DNA of 64,000 nucleotides, taken from positions 64,001 to 128,000 of the IMG/VR virus record IMGVR_UViG_3300042258_000341. One strand, 5' to 3'. Position 1 is the first letter of the stretch; every line of letters starts with the position of its first letter. The notes below the pieces were generated by a model. That model saw only the letters and a program-made list of their open reading frames with translations. It had not been told where the DNA came from and searched no databases. Below are positions 36,839-46,983 of the stretch, one piece after another. The position numbers and the translations under genes were made by a program. The DNA is from a virus (taxonomy: Duplodnaviria > Caudoviricetes).

Positions 36839-37510
36839 TTAAATTAATTGTGCCCGGAGGATATTAAATAAATAATCTCTCCCGTTTAACTTGTAAGATT
36901 CGTTTATGTCTTTCCCTTGAAAGTTAAGGAACTTAAAGGTATTTGCAAATTCTGTATTCACCTTCGTTTCTTTTATTATATTCTTTACTGCAGTTTGCCC
37001 GGATTTATCGTTGTCGTAAGCAAAATAGATATTGTTCGAAATCGCCTTCAAGAAACAACAGAATTTAAAGGAATGCATTGCAGTTAACGGGGAAATTATC
37101 GGAAATCCCAAGGGTCTTAAGGTTTCAGCATCTATTACCCCTTCGGTTACGATCAAAGGCGTTTGCGGGTCTATCTCGGAAAGAGAGGTTGTGTAATACA
37201 AAAGTAAATCCACAGATTCTTCTTTGAATTTTCGATATCTTAATCGGGAAGATTCTGTTCCCAAGTAACGAGCATCGAACCCTATCAGTTTTGCCGGATC
37301 TTCTACATCGGTAATCGGGAAATACAAAGTATCTGTAAATAATCCCGGGGGCAGGAAAGCAGAAAGAGATATGAAGCTGTTTTTATCCCCCCCGGTAAAG
37401 ACAGGCGGGTATCGCATAGCTTCAGAATTAACCCCTCTTGTCAGGAGGTATTTTTTAGCATTTGCGATGTTTTCTTCGGTATAAATTATATTCGCAAGTT
37501 TCTGTATCAT
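36839..37510 (-). CDS. DNA primase, TOPRIM domain only
   Basis: YL..RG, FPI, GF.AR, VTEGVIDA, YDNDKSG, KDINE. Confidence 0.85.
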   Translation of the reverse strand: MIQKLANIIYTEENIANAKKYLLTRGVNSEAMRYPPVFTGGDKNSFISLSAFLPPGLFTDTLYFPITDVEDPAKLIGFDARYLGTESSRLRYRKFKEESVDLLLYYTTSLSEIDPQTPLIVTEGVIDAETLRPLGFPIISPLTAMHSFKFCCFLKAISNNIYFAYDNDKSGQTAVKNIIKETKVNTEFANTFKFLNFQGKDINESYKLNGRDYLFNILRAQLI

Positions 37511-37546
37511 ATCTCTCTCATATATACTCGAAAACAGGGTTATTTT

Positions 37547-38866
37547 TCAGATATCTTTTGCAATCGAAAGAACAGTCGCTGTTTCGTAATTTTCTTCAGT
37601 GTCTTTTACAAGAACTGCTTTATCTTTCAAAAGCTGGAAAGTAACTGTTTCAGATTTAAAGAAATTAAGAGTTTTCAATAAATTCTCCAATCCAACATAA
37701 AATTCTCTTTCCTGTAAATCTTGTGCGCTTTGTCGAGAAATAGAAAGAACATCTCTTGATTTTTTCCCGGTGAAGTCTTGTATCGAAAGAATTAATTTTG
37801 CTTCCGGGTTTTTGTTGTAAAGCTTGAATTTTACAAGAATGTTCTTTGCTACAGCAACAACAGATAGTTTCTGCAAAGAGGAAACAAAGGCACTTCTCGG
37901 GAGATTTATTGTCTCATCTACAGATAAGGACAGTAATGTTTTAAGAGAAGGGAAAGAAACTTCGGTCTTTTCAAGACCAAGGAATAAGTTCTGATCCCGA
38001 ATAATAAAATAAGTATCTGTTTCGAAAAGTTTTGTTTTTGCAGGATCGAAAAAAGGAAGGACTTTCGAAAGCACAGACACCACTTCTTGTTTTAATTTCA
38101 AAGGCACATTCAACAGAGACGGGGATTTAAAATAACCTATTGCCGCAACACTCCCCCCTACAATTGCAGAATCCCGGCAATCGATAACCGAAAGAGATTC
38201 TTGACTTTCGTTCTTTTCGGAATACAAGGAGAGGTAATTGAGGGCTGTTTGCAATATCTCTACATTCAAATTACATTCCACCGGGAGGATATTTACAATA
38301 TTATTGTGATATTGTATAAAATCAGTAGCTTCCCTTACAGAAAGTTCAAGATGCGTTTCTCCGGAATCCATCTCAAGAAGAGCGTTCTCTGCATTGTATT
38401 TAAAAGAAAGCTCGTGATTCGGGAAAGAAGCTGTGATTTTTGCAAGAGTCGGGTAATCGAAAGCAAAAGAGATTTCAGGGTTCTTCCCGACAGAAGATAT
38501 TTTTGTAAGTGGGATAAAAACCTCTCCGAAAGAAAAATTATTAAATCCCGATATCTTAAGCTGTGTTTCGAAAATAACAATCTTTATCAAATTCGGATTT
38601 ATTTTACTGCCCGTATATGTGTGTTTCAAAACCCCACAAGCATATTTAAGAAATCTTGAATCCACAGAAAAAGAATACTCCCCAACTCCGGGGGCATCTC
38701 CTTCTTTGTGGAAACGATCAAAAAGAGAAGTATCTTCGGATTTGTAATACACCTCTTTTAACTCCCGGATAACTTCTTTTGGGGAAGCATCTGCGTCTAT
38801 TACAATAGAACTGTCTGCTGAAGGTTTTACCATATTTCCTATTTTGCTGCTTAAAGTTTCTGTCAT
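37547..38866 (-). CDS. DNA polymerase III beta-clamp-like protein
   Basis: Three-domain length and beta/alpha periodicity, FP..L motif, replication context. Confidence 0.6.
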   Translation of the reverse strand: MTETLSSKIGNMVKPSADSSIVIDADASPKEVIRELKEVYYKSEDTSLFDRFHKEGDAPGVGEYSFSVDSRFLKYACGVLKHTYTGSKINPNLIKIVIFETQLKISGFNNFSFGEVFIPLTKISSVGKNPEISFAFDYPTLAKITASFPNHELSFKYNAENALLEMDSGETHLELSVREATDFIQYHNNIVNILPVECNLNVEILQTALNYLSLYSEKNESQESLSVIDCRDSAIVGGSVAAIGYFKSPSLLNVPLKLKQEVVSVLSKVLPFFDPAKTKLFETDTYFIIRDQNLFLGLEKTEVSFPSLKTLLSLSVDETINLPRSAFVSSLQKLSVVAVAKNILVKFKLYNKNPEAKLILSIQDFTGKKSRDVLSISRQSAQDLQEREFYVGLENLLKTLNFFKSETVTFQLLKDKAVLVKDTEENYETATVLSIAKDI

Positions 38867-38869
38867 GAT

Positions 38870-39241
38870 TTATTGTCCCGCCTGTTCCATAGCTTCTTTT
38901 AAAACTTGAAGTTGATCTGTAAGCTGTGTTTCAAGTTCTTCTTTTTTTATTTCCAGCTCCGAAACATCTTTTATCCCGTATTTTTCAAGAATTTCTTTTG
39001 TCTGTTTGTCGATTTCTTTTTCTTTTTCTTCCAGTTGAGCCTCAAGAGCGATTACAGAAACGGAAAGAGTTTCTTTTTCTTTTGCTATTTTAGACAAAAG
39101 GTTTGTTAATTGTTCCGGGGTGAGTTTCTTTACATCCACATCCAGAACTTCTTTGTATTTACTTAATTCGGATTGCAGGGCAGATTTTATTTCTTTCGGG
39201 AGAGCATCGATAATTTCAGCAAGAGTTTTTGTTTCGGACAT
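38870..39241 (-). CDS. Coiled-coil protein
   Basis: Heptad-rich ORF. Confidence 0.7.
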   Translation of the reverse strand: MSETKTLAEIIDALPKEIKSALQSELSKYKEVLDVDVKKLTPEQLTNLLSKIAKEKETLSVSVIALEAQLEEKEKEIDKQTKEILEKYGIKDVSELEIKKEELETQLTDQLQVLKEAMEQAGQ

Positions 39242-39266
39242 ATTTATATTGTCAACCTTTCTTTTC

Positions 39267-40445
39267 TTATAAAGTTATATTTCCGTTGGATTCAGGGTCG
39301 AGTAGAGAAATCATTTGTTTTGCGGCTTTCTTTGCGAACATTTTGTCTGCAAAGTCCGACATGCAAGTAACTCCTTTTTCTTTAGCTGCGGGGCATTGTG
39401 GTAATGCCAGACAGAACTGGCAATTACTGTTACTCGGATTTAATTCGAAAAGTTCATCTTGAAAAAATAATCCGTGAGGGGTTGTTTTATTTTCGAATTT
39501 TTGTTCCAAATCCCGGCAAGTATCTAACAGGGCATTTACGCCGTCTTCAATTTTAAGACGAAAATCCATATTAAAATCAAATTCTTTCAACTTGTTTTCT
39601 GTCCAAGAATATAAAGCCATTCTCCCGGGGATTTTTCTTGTCCGTAAGAAAAGCAGGAAGGCGTAGAATTGTAATTGATCTTCTTTCGTATAAGAAGAGA
39701 AATTGTATTTCCCGTCGAAAATAAAATACCCGTCTTCGAGTTGCCCGATACTTGAGAAATAAGAAGTGCTTTTCTGTCTTGTATTGTACAAGAAGTCGAT
39801 GCTTCCAGTAAAAAGCATATCCCCTACTTCTATATTTAAAGGAATTTCAGACATAATTCGGTCAAGAGTCAGCTCCTGATCGATAAACATCTGTAAAATA
39901 GCGGGATATAAAGAACAAAGTTTGTCGAGCAGTTTTTCTTCGGTTTCGTAAATGTTCTGAAAAGTATTTCGGTCGATAAAAGAAATATTAACTTCAGTTA
40001 TCTCTGGGTCGAGATTGTAATTATTTATTATGCTTTGTCGATGTAAAGAACCATACTTATTGTTCCAAAACCCTTTTCGGTTCTCGAATTCCGGCTGAAG
40101 CTGCTGTTCTACCGGGAACTTAGACAAGTAGAAAACAGCTTTGGTGTTTGTTGTGAGCCAAGACAATAAATCGGACATCGAAGACATTCCCGGACGAGAA
40201 TAAATTCGAGAATTGATAAAAACTTCCATAACTTTTTGTATCACAGTCCCGGGGATTGCTCTTGAATCTTCTCGGATTGTAGGAGTAACTACAATATCTC
40301 TTGGGGCTTGGAGGACATAGTTGGTAAACCACCAGCCTTTACATGTTCTAAAATTGTCGAATTTACTCCAAGACATTCGAGTGGTTTTTTTCAAAGCTTC
40401 TTTTGTCAGGTTGACATCGTAAATAATATCGGTAAGTTCAGTCAC
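39267..40445 (-). CDS. PD-(D/E)XK nuclease, RecB/Cas4-like
   Basis: SWS..F..C, G...Q, E, GSID, DGK, QLQFYA, C-terminal CxxC..C. Confidence 0.8.
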   Translation of the reverse strand: MTELTDIIYDVNLTKEALKKTTRMSWSKFDNFRTCKGWWFTNYVLQAPRDIVVTPTIREDSRAIPGTVIQKVMEVFINSRIYSRPGMSSMSDLLSWLTTNTKAVFYLSKFPVEQQLQPEFENRKGFWNNKYGSLHRQSIINNYNLDPEITEVNISFIDRNTFQNIYETEEKLLDKLCSLYPAILQMFIDQELTLDRIMSEIPLNIEVGDMLFTGSIDFLYNTRQKSTSYFSSIGQLEDGYFIFDGKYNFSSYTKEDQLQFYAFLLFLRTRKIPGRMALYSWTENKLKEFDFNMDFRLKIEDGVNALLDTCRDLEQKFENKTTPHGLFFQDELFELNPSNSNCQFCLALPQCPAAKEKGVTCMSDFADKMFAKKAAKQMISLLDPESNGNITL

Positions 40446-40515
40446 GTAAAAAATTTCCTTTTGTTTTATTTTCTGTTATGAATATACCGCAATCTTAAAT
40501 TAATTACAGAAAAAA

Positions 40516-41559
40516 TCATTTATTCAAATATTCCGTAACAATATCGAAAACTTCTTTTTGTAAGTTTAATTTCTGCAAATAAGCCATAGGATTTTCGGTA
40601 AAGAAAACATCATCTTTCGAGGATATTTGTTGTCGTAAGCCTTGTATGAATTGTTGAATTTCTTTGGATTTTTCAAGTTGAGTTTGTAACGAATCCAGTT
40701 GAAAGATATCCAATCCATTTTTAATTCCCGGGATTGGTTTGTAATACATATTCAAAGCCAGTCCATCGGGAGTGTCTTCTATTTCGGTTACAGAATAGGC
40801 GGGGATATGTTGTTTTTCAAGAACTTCTGTTTGGTTGAAATAGTCTTTTATGACCCTTCCTATACTCCACGGCTTAGATATGGTTACATTTCTTACAGGG
40901 TCTTGCCACGGGGCAAAAGAAGCATGAATATGCCCCATAAAAAGGAAAGAGTTCTTCGGGAACATTTCGGAAAGTTCCTGATAAGAAAAAGATTCCCAAA
41001 GCGTAACCTGTAATTTATTCGGAGTTGCATCTACATGGATCATAAACCCGTAAAGGATTCTTCCACATTCTTTTAATTCCGGCTCTAATTTCTGTAAATA
41101 ATTTGCAACAACGTCTTTGAAGTTGGACATAGGGATATAAGGGATTCCAACCAAAACAAAAGTGTCGAAATTATTTCCGGAAAGAGGTATTTTTGCGTAT
41201 TGAAAAGAAATATCAACTATTATGTTAGGTAATAGTCCGGTAAGAGAAGTGTAAGGGCTGTCCTTGATGTTTGCAATTGCAGATTTCGGAAGATCGTGGT
41301 TGCCCGGAATTGAATAAAACTGCGGGAAATCTTTTAACAGTTCCCGGTAATGATTTAAATCTTTCGGGGAATAGGCAGATTGATTCTTAAGATGGAATAA
41401 ATCCCCGGTGAAAAGAATTAAATCGGGATTTTCTTCTTTCAAAGCTTCCCTTAAAGAACTCAGCTCTTGTGCAACATCGGCATGATACATTTCAGTCCGG
41501 GATTGTGGAATGTGCCCTAAAGGGGATAAATGTATATCCGAGAAATGGCAAATTTTCAT
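40516..41559 (-). CDS. sbcD: SbcD/Mre11 nuclease
   Basis: SDIH, GDLF, GNHD, GHIH; adjacent to SbcC N-half. Confidence 0.88.
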   Translation of the reverse strand: MKICHFSDIHLSPLGHIPQSRTEMYHADVAQELSSLREALKEENPDLILFTGDLFHLKNQSAYSPKDLNHYRELLKDFPQFYSIPGNHDLPKSAIANIKDSPYTSLTGLLPNIIVDISFQYAKIPLSGNNFDTFVLVGIPYIPMSNFKDVVANYLQKLEPELKECGRILYGFMIHVDATPNKLQVTLWESFSYQELSEMFPKNSFLFMGHIHASFAPWQDPVRNVTISKPWSIGRVIKDYFNQTEVLEKQHIPAYSVTEIEDTPDGLALNMYYKPIPGIKNGLDIFQLDSLQTQLEKSKEIQQFIQGLRQQISSKDDVFFTENPMAYLQKLNLQKEVFDIVTEYLNK

Positions 41560-41702
41560 TTCTTTTCCGCTTTCTTTGCACACTCTTTACACCCTATTAA
41601 ATGACTTACCGGAACATCAACATGCTTATTCGGGATTAAATGTTTTTCTTCGTGTTCCGGGATGTATCTTTGACAAAACATGCATTTAGTTTCTTTTTCC
41701 AT
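41556..41702 (-). CDS. Small Zn-finger protein (48 aa)
   Basis: CMFC..CKEC; stop overlaps sbcD start (ATGA). Confidence 0.6.
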   Translation of the reverse strand: MEKETKCMFCQRYIPEHEEKHLIPNKHVDVPVSHLIGCKECAKKAEKK

Positions 41703-41705
41703 ACT

Positions 41706-42971
41706 TTATTTCTCCTTACAAATTTCTTGTTCGCAAACAGGGCAGACCCCTAAAGATGTGAAAATAGCTGGTTTTAAAGAAGACAGTCCTTCCACTTTAT
41801 TTTTACAATCGGAAGTCTTTTTCGACAATTCGACAACTTCATCTTGTAACTTCGGGAGGATTAAAACATCCTTCTTGCACCCGACAACAGTCTCCACAAT
41901 ACGGTGTAGTTCTGTAAAATAAACATTAAGACTCTTTTTCAAAGATAACAAATCTGAATTGTTTTTATGTTTCTGCAGCACCTGACTATGTTGTCGAATA
42001 TCTTTTACAGAAACCAGATTGTTTAGTATCTGTTCTACCGACTGTAAAATAATTCTTTTGGGGACAAGATAGTTGTTCCCGGAAAGAACTTCTTCTTTTT
42101 TATTCTGGAGGTTAGATAGTTCTTTCTGAGCTACGGAAAGAGCATAAACCTTTTCTTGTAAAGAGAATAAAAGGTCTCGGATATGATTTTGAGCTTTTAC
42201 CTTTATTTTTTCTTTTTCGATAAGGTCTTTTTTTAATTCCAGCCCCTGTAATCGAGCTATATCTACACCCACATCAAGAATGTCTGTTTGCAGTTTTTCC
42301 GTGTCTTTAATTGCTACAGAAAGAATATCTATTTTAAGATTTAAATCTTTAACTTTATCTTCGAGCGTAGTTGCTTCTAAGTAATCGCTTTTCAACTCTT
42401 CTTCCTGATTACTCACAGCTTTAGATATTCGGATATCATCTGTTTTCATTTCCCGTAAAGCTTTTTCGAAACGAGAGATATCAAAAACTTTGTTGATAAA
42501 TGAAGTTATTTCCGTATCTGTGGAAGTGATCAGAAATAAAGGGTCTAATTGGGACTGAAAATTAAGATTAAAAACATCATCTCTTTCTGTAATTACCGGA
42601 GATAAGTTTAAATCTTCAAATTTTTCAGGGACATTTTTACCCACTTTCGGATATTTTACGGTATCCCCGGAAAAAGAAATTAAAGTGTACTCGTTTGCTG
42701 GTTTTTTTACCGAAATTTCAGCTATATCCATGTCCGGAAGAACTGTGTTCAAATACCCGGTTCTTTCAGGGATAGAAAAAGTAACTTCTGTTTCTTTTTC
42801 ATCCAGCGTAGTAAATCCTGCGTTCCACTCATTCAAAAGAACTGTCCGTAAGGAACGCAGGATTGCTGATTTTCCACGATTACTTTTACCTACAAGAGCG
42901 GTAAACCCTTTTATCGGAAGAGTAAGGTTTTTTATACTTTGAAAATTCTTAACTTTCAGTTCGTAACTCAT
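41706..42971 (-). CDS. sbcC: SbcC/Rad50 N-terminal half ending at the zinc hook
   Basis: KNFQSI, Walker A GKSNRGKS, Q-loop FQSQ, coiled coil, C-terminal CPVC. Confidence 0.88.
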   Translation of the reverse strand: MSYELKVKNFQSIKNLTLPIKGFTALVGKSNRGKSAILRSLRTVLLNEWNAGFTTLDEKETEVTFSIPERTGYLNTVLPDMDIAEISVKKPANEYTLISFSGDTVKYPKVGKNVPEKFEDLNLSPVITERDDVFNLNFQSQLDPLFLITSTDTEITSFINKVFDISRFEKALREMKTDDIRISKAVSNQEEELKSDYLEATTLEDKVKDLNLKIDILSVAIKDTEKLQTDILDVGVDIARLQGLELKKDLIEKEKIKVKAQNHIRDLLFSLQEKVYALSVAQKELSNLQNKKEEVLSGNNYLVPKRIILQSVEQILNNLVSVKDIRQHSQVLQKHKNNSDLLSLKKSLNVYFTELHRIVETVVGCKKDVLILPKLQDEVVELSKKTSDCKNKVEGLSSLKPAIFTSLGVCPVCEQEICKEK

Positions 42972-42984
42972 TGTTCTTGCTTTC

Positions 42985-43275
42985 TTATTGATTGTCAAAA
43001 GGACTGTTGCCATTTCCTACGGGGAAGGCATTAACAAGAAAACCTTTCCCATCTCCTAACGCCGTTAAAGGGATATCTGTAATTACAATATTGAACTTTA
43101 ACTGTTTTAGAATTTCAGGATCGACCCCGTTAGGCAAGGATTTTGTATCTATATACATCATCCCGTATTGTCTCCAGCCATTTTTATCGTTTCCATATTT
43201 GTCTTTGTAAGTCGAAACAGCCATTTTCAAAACAAAAGGCATGTCTTTTTTTTTCGAAGAATTGTCTCTTACCAC
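42985..43275 (-). CDS. Hypothetical protein
   Basis: ORF; Y.DK.G..K..W..G. Confidence 0.6.
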   Translation of the reverse strand: MVRDNSSKKKDMPFVLKMAVSTYKDKYGNDKNGWRQYGMMYIDTKSLPNGVDPEILKQLKFNIVITDIPLTALGDGKGFLVNAFPVGNGNSPFDNQ

Positions 43276-43290
43276 AAATATTTCCTTTCT

Positions 43291-43434
43291 TTACACAATA
43301 ACCGCAAAGACAAGCAACCATGTAGGAACTGTCTGCCCGGAAAGGAAAAGAAGCCCGATTACCGACCACAAGGCAATGTTCATGCCTATAGAAATTTGAA
43401 CCGATTTGTTTTTGAAGTAAATTTGTGTAAGCAT
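43291..43434 (-). CDS. Small membrane protein (47 aa)
   Basis: AAGGA RBS, hydrophobic ORF after class B promoter. Confidence 0.5.
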   Translation of the reverse strand: MLTQIYFKNKSVQISIGMNIALWSVIGLLFLSGQTVPTWLLVFAVIV

Positions 43435-43493
43435 TTTTTAATATCCTTTCTTTATGTATATACTAGGTTGCCGGAAAAATTACCGAAAATTAT

Positions 43494-43703
43494 TCAGAAA
43501 ACAAATGCGCCCCATTTTTGCCATTTCGGGCAGGAATCATTTGCATCTCTCGTTACAGAAAGAATTGTTTCAAGGTGGCATCTACCTCTTGAAGATTGCA
43601 TATAGAGGATTTCCATTCTGTTTTCACAGAGTTTTCTATCCCCAGACCAGTGTTGGCATGTGCAGCATACCGGGCTGGTACTTCCTGTTTTCATCTGTCC
43701 CAT
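43494..43703 (-). CDS. Small Cys-rich protein
   Basis: CCTCQHW..C..C.KW. Confidence 0.65.
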   Translation of the reverse strand: MGQMKTGSTSPVCCTCQHWSGDRKLCENRMEILYMQSSRGRCHLETILSVTRDANDSCPKWQKWGAFVF

Positions 43704-43708
43704 ACAAT

Positions 43709-43897
43709 TTACTCTCCTTTTCGCATTAAACTTAATTTAAGATTCAATCGGATTAAATCCGTTGTTTCTTTCTTTTCTTTCACCACAGACATAAAGTATG
43801 CTGTAAATACTTTATAAATCTCTTCTACATCTTGCCCATTTAGAGCAATCCCTATCGATTCAAGAATCTTAATTTCTTTTTCGGAAAAAGTTGGCAT
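43709..43897 (-). CDS. Hypothetical protein
   Basis: ORF. Confidence 0.55.
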   Translation of the reverse strand: MPTFSEKEIKILESIGIALNGQDVEEIYKVFTAYFMSVVKEKKETTDLIRLNLKLSLMRKGE

Positions 43898-43910
43898 ACG
43901 GAGCCTTTCT

Positions 43911-44492
43911 TTATTTTATTTTTATATCAAGATTGTCGTATTGTTGTTGTGATTCCACTTTCACCCGCTGTCCGATCAACCCAAAACTGTTTTTGATTGC
44001 CCTTATCGCTTCCGGGTCTTTTGAAATTTCTGTAGAACAAGTTATTACAAAACGTCCTTTTACAAATTCATCATTTTGCAACCAAACCCTACCCCGTTCA
44101 ATCTCATTGTATTTCACATTTAAAATTTCGGGGATTTCATCTTTGTATTGCTCTTGTAAAGTTTTAAAGGTTTGGTTGTGTTCTTGAGAAACACATATGA
44201 AACTATCCGGCTCACAGTTTTCAGGAAGGTCTTCATATTTCAAAACTCTTCCTGCGACATACCACCATACCCCTACAGTTGGAGTTCCAGCGATTTTTTC
44301 ACATATTGCAATATGTGAATATTCAGCAGAAGAGCCATGTTCTTTTATTTTTGTATTTATGATTTTTTCGATATTTTTCACTTGTAACACTCTCCTTTTA
44401 TTCCAGAGTTTTGCAAGCGTAGTAATCTTTTGTGAAGGGGTCAAACCAGATACCGTCCGGCAGGACATGCCCTGAACCACTTCGAATATCAA
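43911..44492 (-). CDS. Hypothetical protein, paralog of 28390-28842 (true start probably near 44389)
   Basis: GVWW..H..F..Y..IERGRV..QY. Confidence 0.65.
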   Translation of the reverse strand: MIFEVVQGMSCRTVSGLTPSQKITTLAKLWNKRRVLQVKNIEKIINTKIKEHGSSAEYSHIAICEKIAGTPTVGVWWYVAGRVLKYEDLPENCEPDSFICVSQEHNQTFKTLQEQYKDEIPEILNVKYNEIERGRVWLQNDEFVKGRFVITCSTEISKDPEAIRAIKNSFGLIGQRVKVESQQQYDNLDIKIK

Positions 44493-44625
44493 AGCCCCCA
44501 GCCAAGGCGAGAGCTGTTTGGCAAAACATAGCTGGGACTCGGATCATTCTTTCATCAGGATGTCTTGAACCATCTTCGGAACGGTTAAGGTTTTCCCACA
44601 TAATCATGTTGGCGGTCTTTTCCAT
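44398..44625 (-). CDS. Hypothetical protein
   Basis: AGGAG RBS after class A promoter. Confidence 0.65.
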   Translation of the reverse strand: MEKTANMIMWENLNRSEDGSRHPDERMIRVPAMFCQTALALAGGFDIRSGSGHVLPDGIWFDPFTKDYYACKTLE

Positions 44626-44652
44626 TTTTGAAACTCTCCTTTTTTTATTGTC

Positions 44653-44688
44653 TTATTTATATATAGTAAAAAAGGAAAAGAAATTTAA
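44653..44688 (-). promoter_or_regulatory. Class A phage promoter motif (2 of 5)
   Basis: Same motif as 29186-29221. Confidence 0.75.
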
Positions 44689-44701
44689 CAGAAAATTAAA
44701 A

Positions 44702-45238
44702 TTATTTTCGCCCTCTTTTTTGCAACTCTGTAAAAAGACTATCAGGGAATGGATGTAATTTATTTTGCGGGACAATAATTGTTTGATTTTCATCCAAAGG
44801 CTTTAAGTATTTTCGTTCAGCATTTAAAGCTTCCAGTTGGCTACACCAGCCAACAATATTAAAAGTCGGGAAATTGCCTGTAGATAAAACATAAATATCC
44901 GCATCATAAACTTTATGAAATTCCAGCAATAAACTCCCGTTTTCTCTCGAAGACCATTTAGATTCTATTTTATACTTACAGAAAGTTCCGTCTAAATTAG
45001 GGAACACAGCCTCCAAATCGTATCCCCTGTTCCCTGAAGTTAAAGTCCAATCGAAAGAACAATTTAAAAGCCAAGAAACAGCATATTCCGCCCCGAACCC
45101 GTTGTAATGTGTATCTTTTTCCGAAAGATTCCCGAACTTTTTCCGAGCCGTTTTTTCACTTCTTCGGGCAAAATACATCTTTTCGCAAAAAAGAGGGATC
45201 ATTTCTTGGACAAAAGGAGGGAGAGTCACAGTTATCAT
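44702..45238 (-). CDS. PD-(D/E)XK restriction-fold nuclease-like protein
   Basis: G..AE.AV, GYDL, IESK, D.YVL. Confidence 0.6.
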   Translation of the reverse strand: MITVTLPPFVQEMIPLFCEKMYFARRSEKTARKKFGNLSEKDTHYNGFGAEYAVSWLLNCSFDWTLTSGNRGYDLEAVFPNLDGTFCKYKIESKWSSRENGSLLLEFHKVYDADIYVLSTGNFPTFNIVGWCSQLEALNAERKYLKPLDENQTIIVPQNKLHPFPDSLFTELQKRGRK

Positions 45239-46204
45239 TTATTGCCCTCTCTCTTTTGGATACGGGAAGATTGTGTTTTTCTGTAAAAAAAGACTTCGTA
45301 ACTTCTTTGTCTCGGAAGGAGTTTTACCTAAAACATAACAATATTTGTGTTTTGCCGGAGTTTTTCTTTTTTTACAAGAATCTTTATGCTCTTGTCGTCG
45401 TTGTTTTAATTTTTTTGCAATGTCTTCAGGAATCTTTTTCCAATCTACTTTTCGATAAGATTTTGCCACTTTATACCATTCCGGTTGCCAGACAATTCCA
45501 AGTTCTTTTGCATATCGAATAATTTGACTACGATCATTAAAGCCAGTATCTCCGAACCAGCCTCTTTTTTTATTGTTAGGGTCAAGGTATTGCCAAGAAT
45601 TTCCGAATTTTTGTCCGAGATAATAAAAATTACAGGCTTGATATATTGTCCCGAGTTCTTTAGCTTCAGGGTCTGAATACGCTGTGAAAATACGGAATTC
45701 TGTATTCTTTACCATCCATCTAATAGCTTGCATTGTCAGCCAAGAGCCTAAGTTTTTAGGAGACCACGAGATACAAGCCCCCCTTGCGATGAGTTTTTCA
45801 ACATCCCGATATTCTTCTCCTAAAAGATGAGAGAAAGCATTGGGAGTTGCCATTATACAAACTCCCGCAAGAATATTATTCTTTTTAAGCCTTACTGTAA
45901 AACGATGGGTTAACCATATCGGCATTTTCCCCAACCATTCATGCTTTTCGATAAACGAAACGATTTCTCGACAAGTTTTTTTATCTTCCGCCGGGACATA
46001 TTCGAATTTAAAATCGGAAGTTTTCAAATTCTTTATTTCTTCATGAGTTAATCCTGAGCTTAAAACATCCCCGGATTTATTTTGTTGTCGAATTTCGTAT
46101 TGCCAACAATGCTCTTTATCATACTCTGCAAACCTGTCGTGAACATTTTCCACAACCGGATCAGCAATATCGAATAAAGAAGGGAGTCGTAATTGTTTTA
46201 TCAT
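45239..46204 (-). CDS. Mom-like (GNAT-fold) DNA modification protein
   Basis: FI..HEWLG, R.AC..PKNL.S, AYSDP..ELGTIYQACNF.YLG. Confidence 0.7.
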   Translation of the reverse strand: MIKQLRLPSLFDIADPVVENVHDRFAEYDKEHCWQYEIRQQNKSGDVLSSGLTHEEIKNLKTSDFKFEYVPAEDKKTCREIVSFIEKHEWLGKMPIWLTHRFTVRLKKNNILAGVCIMATPNAFSHLLGEEYRDVEKLIARGACISWSPKNLGSWLTMQAIRWMVKNTEFRIFTAYSDPEAKELGTIYQACNFYYLGQKFGNSWQYLDPNNKKRGWFGDTGFNDRSQIIRYAKELGIVWQPEWYKVAKSYRKVDWKKIPEDIAKKLKQRRQEHKDSCKKRKTPAKHKYCYVLGKTPSETKKLRSLFLQKNTIFPYPKERGQ

Positions 46205-46555
46205 TTACCACAAATCTTCACTTGTTAAAATATAAGCTTCGGTTTCAATTATTTGTCCTGTTTTCTTGGCAAGAATTAAAGCTTCGTTTCTGTCCAAGAA
46301 ATTTCCTTTACTTGTCAAGAAACCTTCGGTGCAGATCGAAAGATTAGCACGTCCTTTTTGAAGTTCGTAAAGAATTCCGAAGCAATTATGATGTCTATGT
46401 CCACAAACACAAATGCCGGTTTCTTTATTCCGGGGGAGGCATCTGGGGTCTTTGGGCTTTAATCCTGTTTCATACCAGATAGCGGAACAAAGAATGTATT
46501 CCTGATTTAAATCAAATTTTGTAGATGTTGTTTTCATATTATTCCACCTCGTCAT
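46205..46555 (-). CDS. Conserved phage hypothetical protein
   Basis: CSAIW, G.RH..C, GFLTS.G.F.DR.EA, SEDLW. Confidence 0.75.
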   Translation of the reverse strand: MTRWNNMKTTSTKFDLNQEYILCSAIWYETGLKPKDPRCLPRNKETGICVCGHRHHNCFGILYELQKGRANLSICTEGFLTSKGNFLDRNEALILAKKTGQIIETEAYILTSEDLW

Positions 46556-46979
46556 GAATATTTCCGAGAATTTTTACCCCCAGAATAACTTGATCGTCTT
46601 TGGGAGTTTGAGAGTATTCATCTAAATAAGCATAATGATCATTACCTTCTTCGTATCTGAAATTTTTAAACTTCAGATAAAATCCGGCGGTTGTTTTATC
46701 CCAAGCAATGATAACGGTTTCTTCCGGGTTTACACAATGCTGGAAGAAATCCCCTTCAAAAACCATATTACCTTCTAAATCAAGAAACCCGGTGAACATG
46801 CAAACTGTTTCAGGCTTAACTTCCCAAGCAGTGACATATATCTGCTGAGGTCTGTGTAAATTCTGACAACATCCTGTAACAATAAAACGGGAAACAGGAG
46901 TTTCCAGCAACTGCCCTACAACCCATTCATTATTGTCCTTACGTTTCCCTTGGAAACAAAACTCACGATACCATCCCAT
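46539..46979 (-). CDS. YopX-family protein
   Basis: RE..F.GKR.D..EWV.G, TG..D..G..FEGD, GNIHD. Confidence 0.85.
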   Translation of the reverse strand: MGWYREFCFQGKRKDNNEWVVGQLLETPVSRFIVTGCCQNLHRPQQIYVTAWEVKPETVCMFTGFLDLEGNMVFEGDFFQHCVNPEETVIIAWDKTTAGFYLKFKNFRYEEGNDHYAYLDEYSQTPKDDQVILGVKILGNIHDEVE

Positions 46980-46983
46980 ATTC

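Noticed and set aside
39267-40445. Cas4 of a CRISPR system
   Set aside because: Stand-alone RecB/Cas4-like nucleases are common in phage replication modules; no array or other cas genes seen
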